Shown piece after piece: positions 62,249-64,000 of a stretch of DNA of 64,000 nt (its first letter is position 1; each line of letters starts with the position of its first letter). The stretch is from an uncultured Actinomycetota bacterium (GTDB taxonomy: Bacteria; Actinomycetota; Actinomycetes; Propionibacteriales; Nocardioidaceae): assembly GCA_963795115.1 (NCBI GenBank), contig CAWCGH010000003.1:222950-286949 (forward strand), given 5' to 3'. The notes under the pieces are model-generated. The model saw only the letters and a program-made list of their open reading frames with translations. It did not search any database and had not been told where the DNA came from. The translations under genes were made by a program, and so were the position numbers.

Positions 62249-63577
62249 CTAGGCGGGTGCGCCGGGAGTGTCCGTGGCCGGACGCCGTACCTGGACAGTC
62301 GCGTTGCGGATCTGGATCCGCGCACCGGCGACCAGCTCGATGGTGCGGTCCGGCTCGAGCACGAAGCTCTGCCCGCCGGGGTAGGCAACGGGCCAGGGGA
62401 AGTCGGACGCGTTGTGGAGGCCCCACCGGTCGGGTACTTCGGGGTGCTGGCGGAGGTCACCCAGCACGACGGGGTGGTCCACTCCAGACGCCAGGTGATC
62501 GGACCGGATCGCCGCCTGCGGACCGACCGCGACGGTCCGTCGTCCGACCTGGAGGAGGTACGGCGGACGCACGAGGGTGCCGTCCTGCCAGCACACCGGG
62601 TCCGGCTCGCCACTGCTCCAGAAGTTGGTGGTGCCGCAGGTCGGGCACGCGAGCAGCCCGTCTCGCAGTCGGTCCATGGCCTTGATCCACTGGCCCTCGG
62701 TGACGCGCGCGCCGGGCTTGTTCATGCCGTCGACGAACGCCTGGACGAACAGGTCGCGGAGGAACTGCGGGTAGATCTCCCAGTACTGCTGGACAATCTC
62801 GGCCGGCCGGTTGTCGTCGTTGGTGGGGTGCATGCAGAACTGCGGCTCGGTGCCGAAGTGAGTCATCAGCCAGTAGGCGTCGCGCACCCCGGCGTCGGTC
62901 CGGTTGCCCTCCAGCGGGTGGCCGAGGAAGAGCGAGTAGAACAGCAGGACCGCGAGCGAATGCCGGTCGGTGTCGGTGTTGGGCAGCGTCCGGTACGTCG
63001 TGTCGCGGACCACCTCGGGCGCCATGAAGTACGGCGTCCCCAGCACCCGCCCGGTGCCGTTGTCGATCCCGACGTTGTCGTTGTCGCAGATCAGCACGTC
63101 GCCGCCGGCCGGGTCGAAGAACACGTTGCCGAAGGAGATGTCCCGGTAGCAGAGCCCACGCGCGTGCAGCCGCAGGAAGCTGTAGCTCAGCTGGCGGCAC
63201 AGCTCGATGATCGAGGAGAACGAGACGTCGAGCGGGTTGCCGTCGCGGTCGGCGTTGAGGAGGAGGTAGCTGAGCTCGAGGTAGCGCACGTCGCGCAGGT
63301 GCATCACGTAGCCGAAGCTCGGCTGGCTGGGGACCCGGGCCATGCTCAGCGGCCAGAGGAAGCGGCGGTGCGGGGAGCCGATCTCGACCAGCTGCTGCAT
63401 CTCCTGGTACTGCTCGGTCGTGGCGCTCTCAGGTTTGTACCACTTCAGCGCGAGGGGTTCGCCCGTGTCGCGACGTACCTCAAAGACGTAGCCCTGGCCG
63501 CCCTGGCCGAGCAGTGACGTCACCCGGGCTCGACCTAGTGGCCCGAGGTCGACCTCGACGCCCTCCGCCAGCACCAT
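62249..63577 (-). CDS. TerY-associated Ser/Thr-type protein kinase with Zn ribbon
   Basis: LGQGGQG, ALKWY, YRDISFGNVFFDP, ICDNDN, GTPYFMAPE, HPLEG, CPTC...CW. Confidence 0.85.
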   Translation of the reverse strand: MVLAEGVEVDLGPLGRARVTSLLGQGGQGYVFEVRRDTGEPLALKWYKPESATTEQYQEMQQLVEIGSPHRRFLWPLSMARVPSQPSFGYVMHLRDVRYLELSYLLLNADRDGNPLDVSFSSIIELCRQLSYSFLRLHARGLCYRDISFGNVFFDPAGGDVLICDNDNVGIDNGTGRVLGTPYFMAPEVVRDTTYRTLPNTDTDRHSLAVLLFYSLFLGHPLEGNRTDAGVRDAYWLMTHFGTEPQFCMHPTNDDNRPAEIVQQYWEIYPQFLRDLFVQAFVDGMNKPGARVTEGQWIKAMDRLRDGLLACPTCGTTNFWSSGEPDPVCWQDGTLVRPPYLLQVGRRTVAVGPQAAIRSDHLASGVDHPVVLGDLRQHPEVPDRWGLHNASDFPWPVAYPGGQSFVLEPDRTIELVAGARIQIRNATVQVRRPATDTPGAPA

Positions 63578-63698
63578 GGGTGTCGCCGACCTCCGTGCCT
63601 CTCGTTCCGCCGCGATCCCAACCAGATCAGGGTCCGTGTGTGACAATCTATAGCCTGAGCAGCGACAGCGGCGTCCAAACCCGGTATCAGGAGATGGC

Positions 63699-64000
63699 AT
63701 GAGTGACCGCTTGGGCGGCGCCTTGGCGCGCAAGCCCCTTCACTTCATTTTCGTGCTGGACGTGTCCGGCTCGATGATGCGTGGCGGCCGCATCCAGGCG
63801 CTCAACAACGCGATCTCCGAAGTGCTGCCGCACCTCAAGGACGAGGCGCGCGCCAACCCGCACGCCGAGATGCTGATCCGCGTCCTCGCATTCGCCAACG
63901 AACCGCGCTGGGTGATCGAGGAGCCGACGCCCGTCGACCAGATCCACTGGGAGCGTCTCGAGGCCGTGCCGCGCGGTTTCACCGAGCTCGGCAGCGCGCT
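63699..64000 (+). CDS. terY: TerY-family vWA domain protein (3' end beyond window edge)
   Basis: AGGAG RBS; KPLHFIFVLDVSGSM (MIDAS DxSxS), IQALNNAI...NPHA...IRVLAF...PTPV...TELGSAL. Confidence 0.82.
   Translation, partial: MSDRLGGALARKPLHFIFVLDVSGSMMRGGRIQALNNAISEVLPHLKDEARANPHAEMLIRVLAFANEPRWVIEEPTPVDQIHWERLEAVPRGFTELGSA

Overview
High-GC actinobacterial chromosome segment, most likely Nocardioides-like (inferred from gene content and synteny, no search run). The housekeeping backbone is gatCAB, ligA, a core-MetE-like gene, mnmA, iscS, proB, obgE, rpmA, rplU, rne and a radical-SAM/partner pair. Accessory blocks interrupt it. No tRNA, rRNA or CRISPR array was seen. Main highlights: (1) A cobalamin-riboswitch operon (5318-11670) places two surface proteins ahead of a CbrT-type ECF transporter. 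One is a secreted alpha-barrel and the other a stalk-anchored DUF4430-like domain, which together look like a split transcobalamin-type B12 capture module. (2) At the right edge, a TerY-P-type kinase is paired with an FHA-FHA-TM-trypsin protease and lies divergent from terY. (3) Six tandem Cys-rich membrane-protein paralogues (two decayed) separate the radical-SAM pair. (4) A LexA-box-controlled DUF222/HNH gene is cut inside its HNH motif by a 1785-bp IS1182-type element with 17-bp IRs and a TGCT target duplication. Several accessory genes carry frameshifts while the long core genes are intact. Family assignments come from motif recognition by eye.
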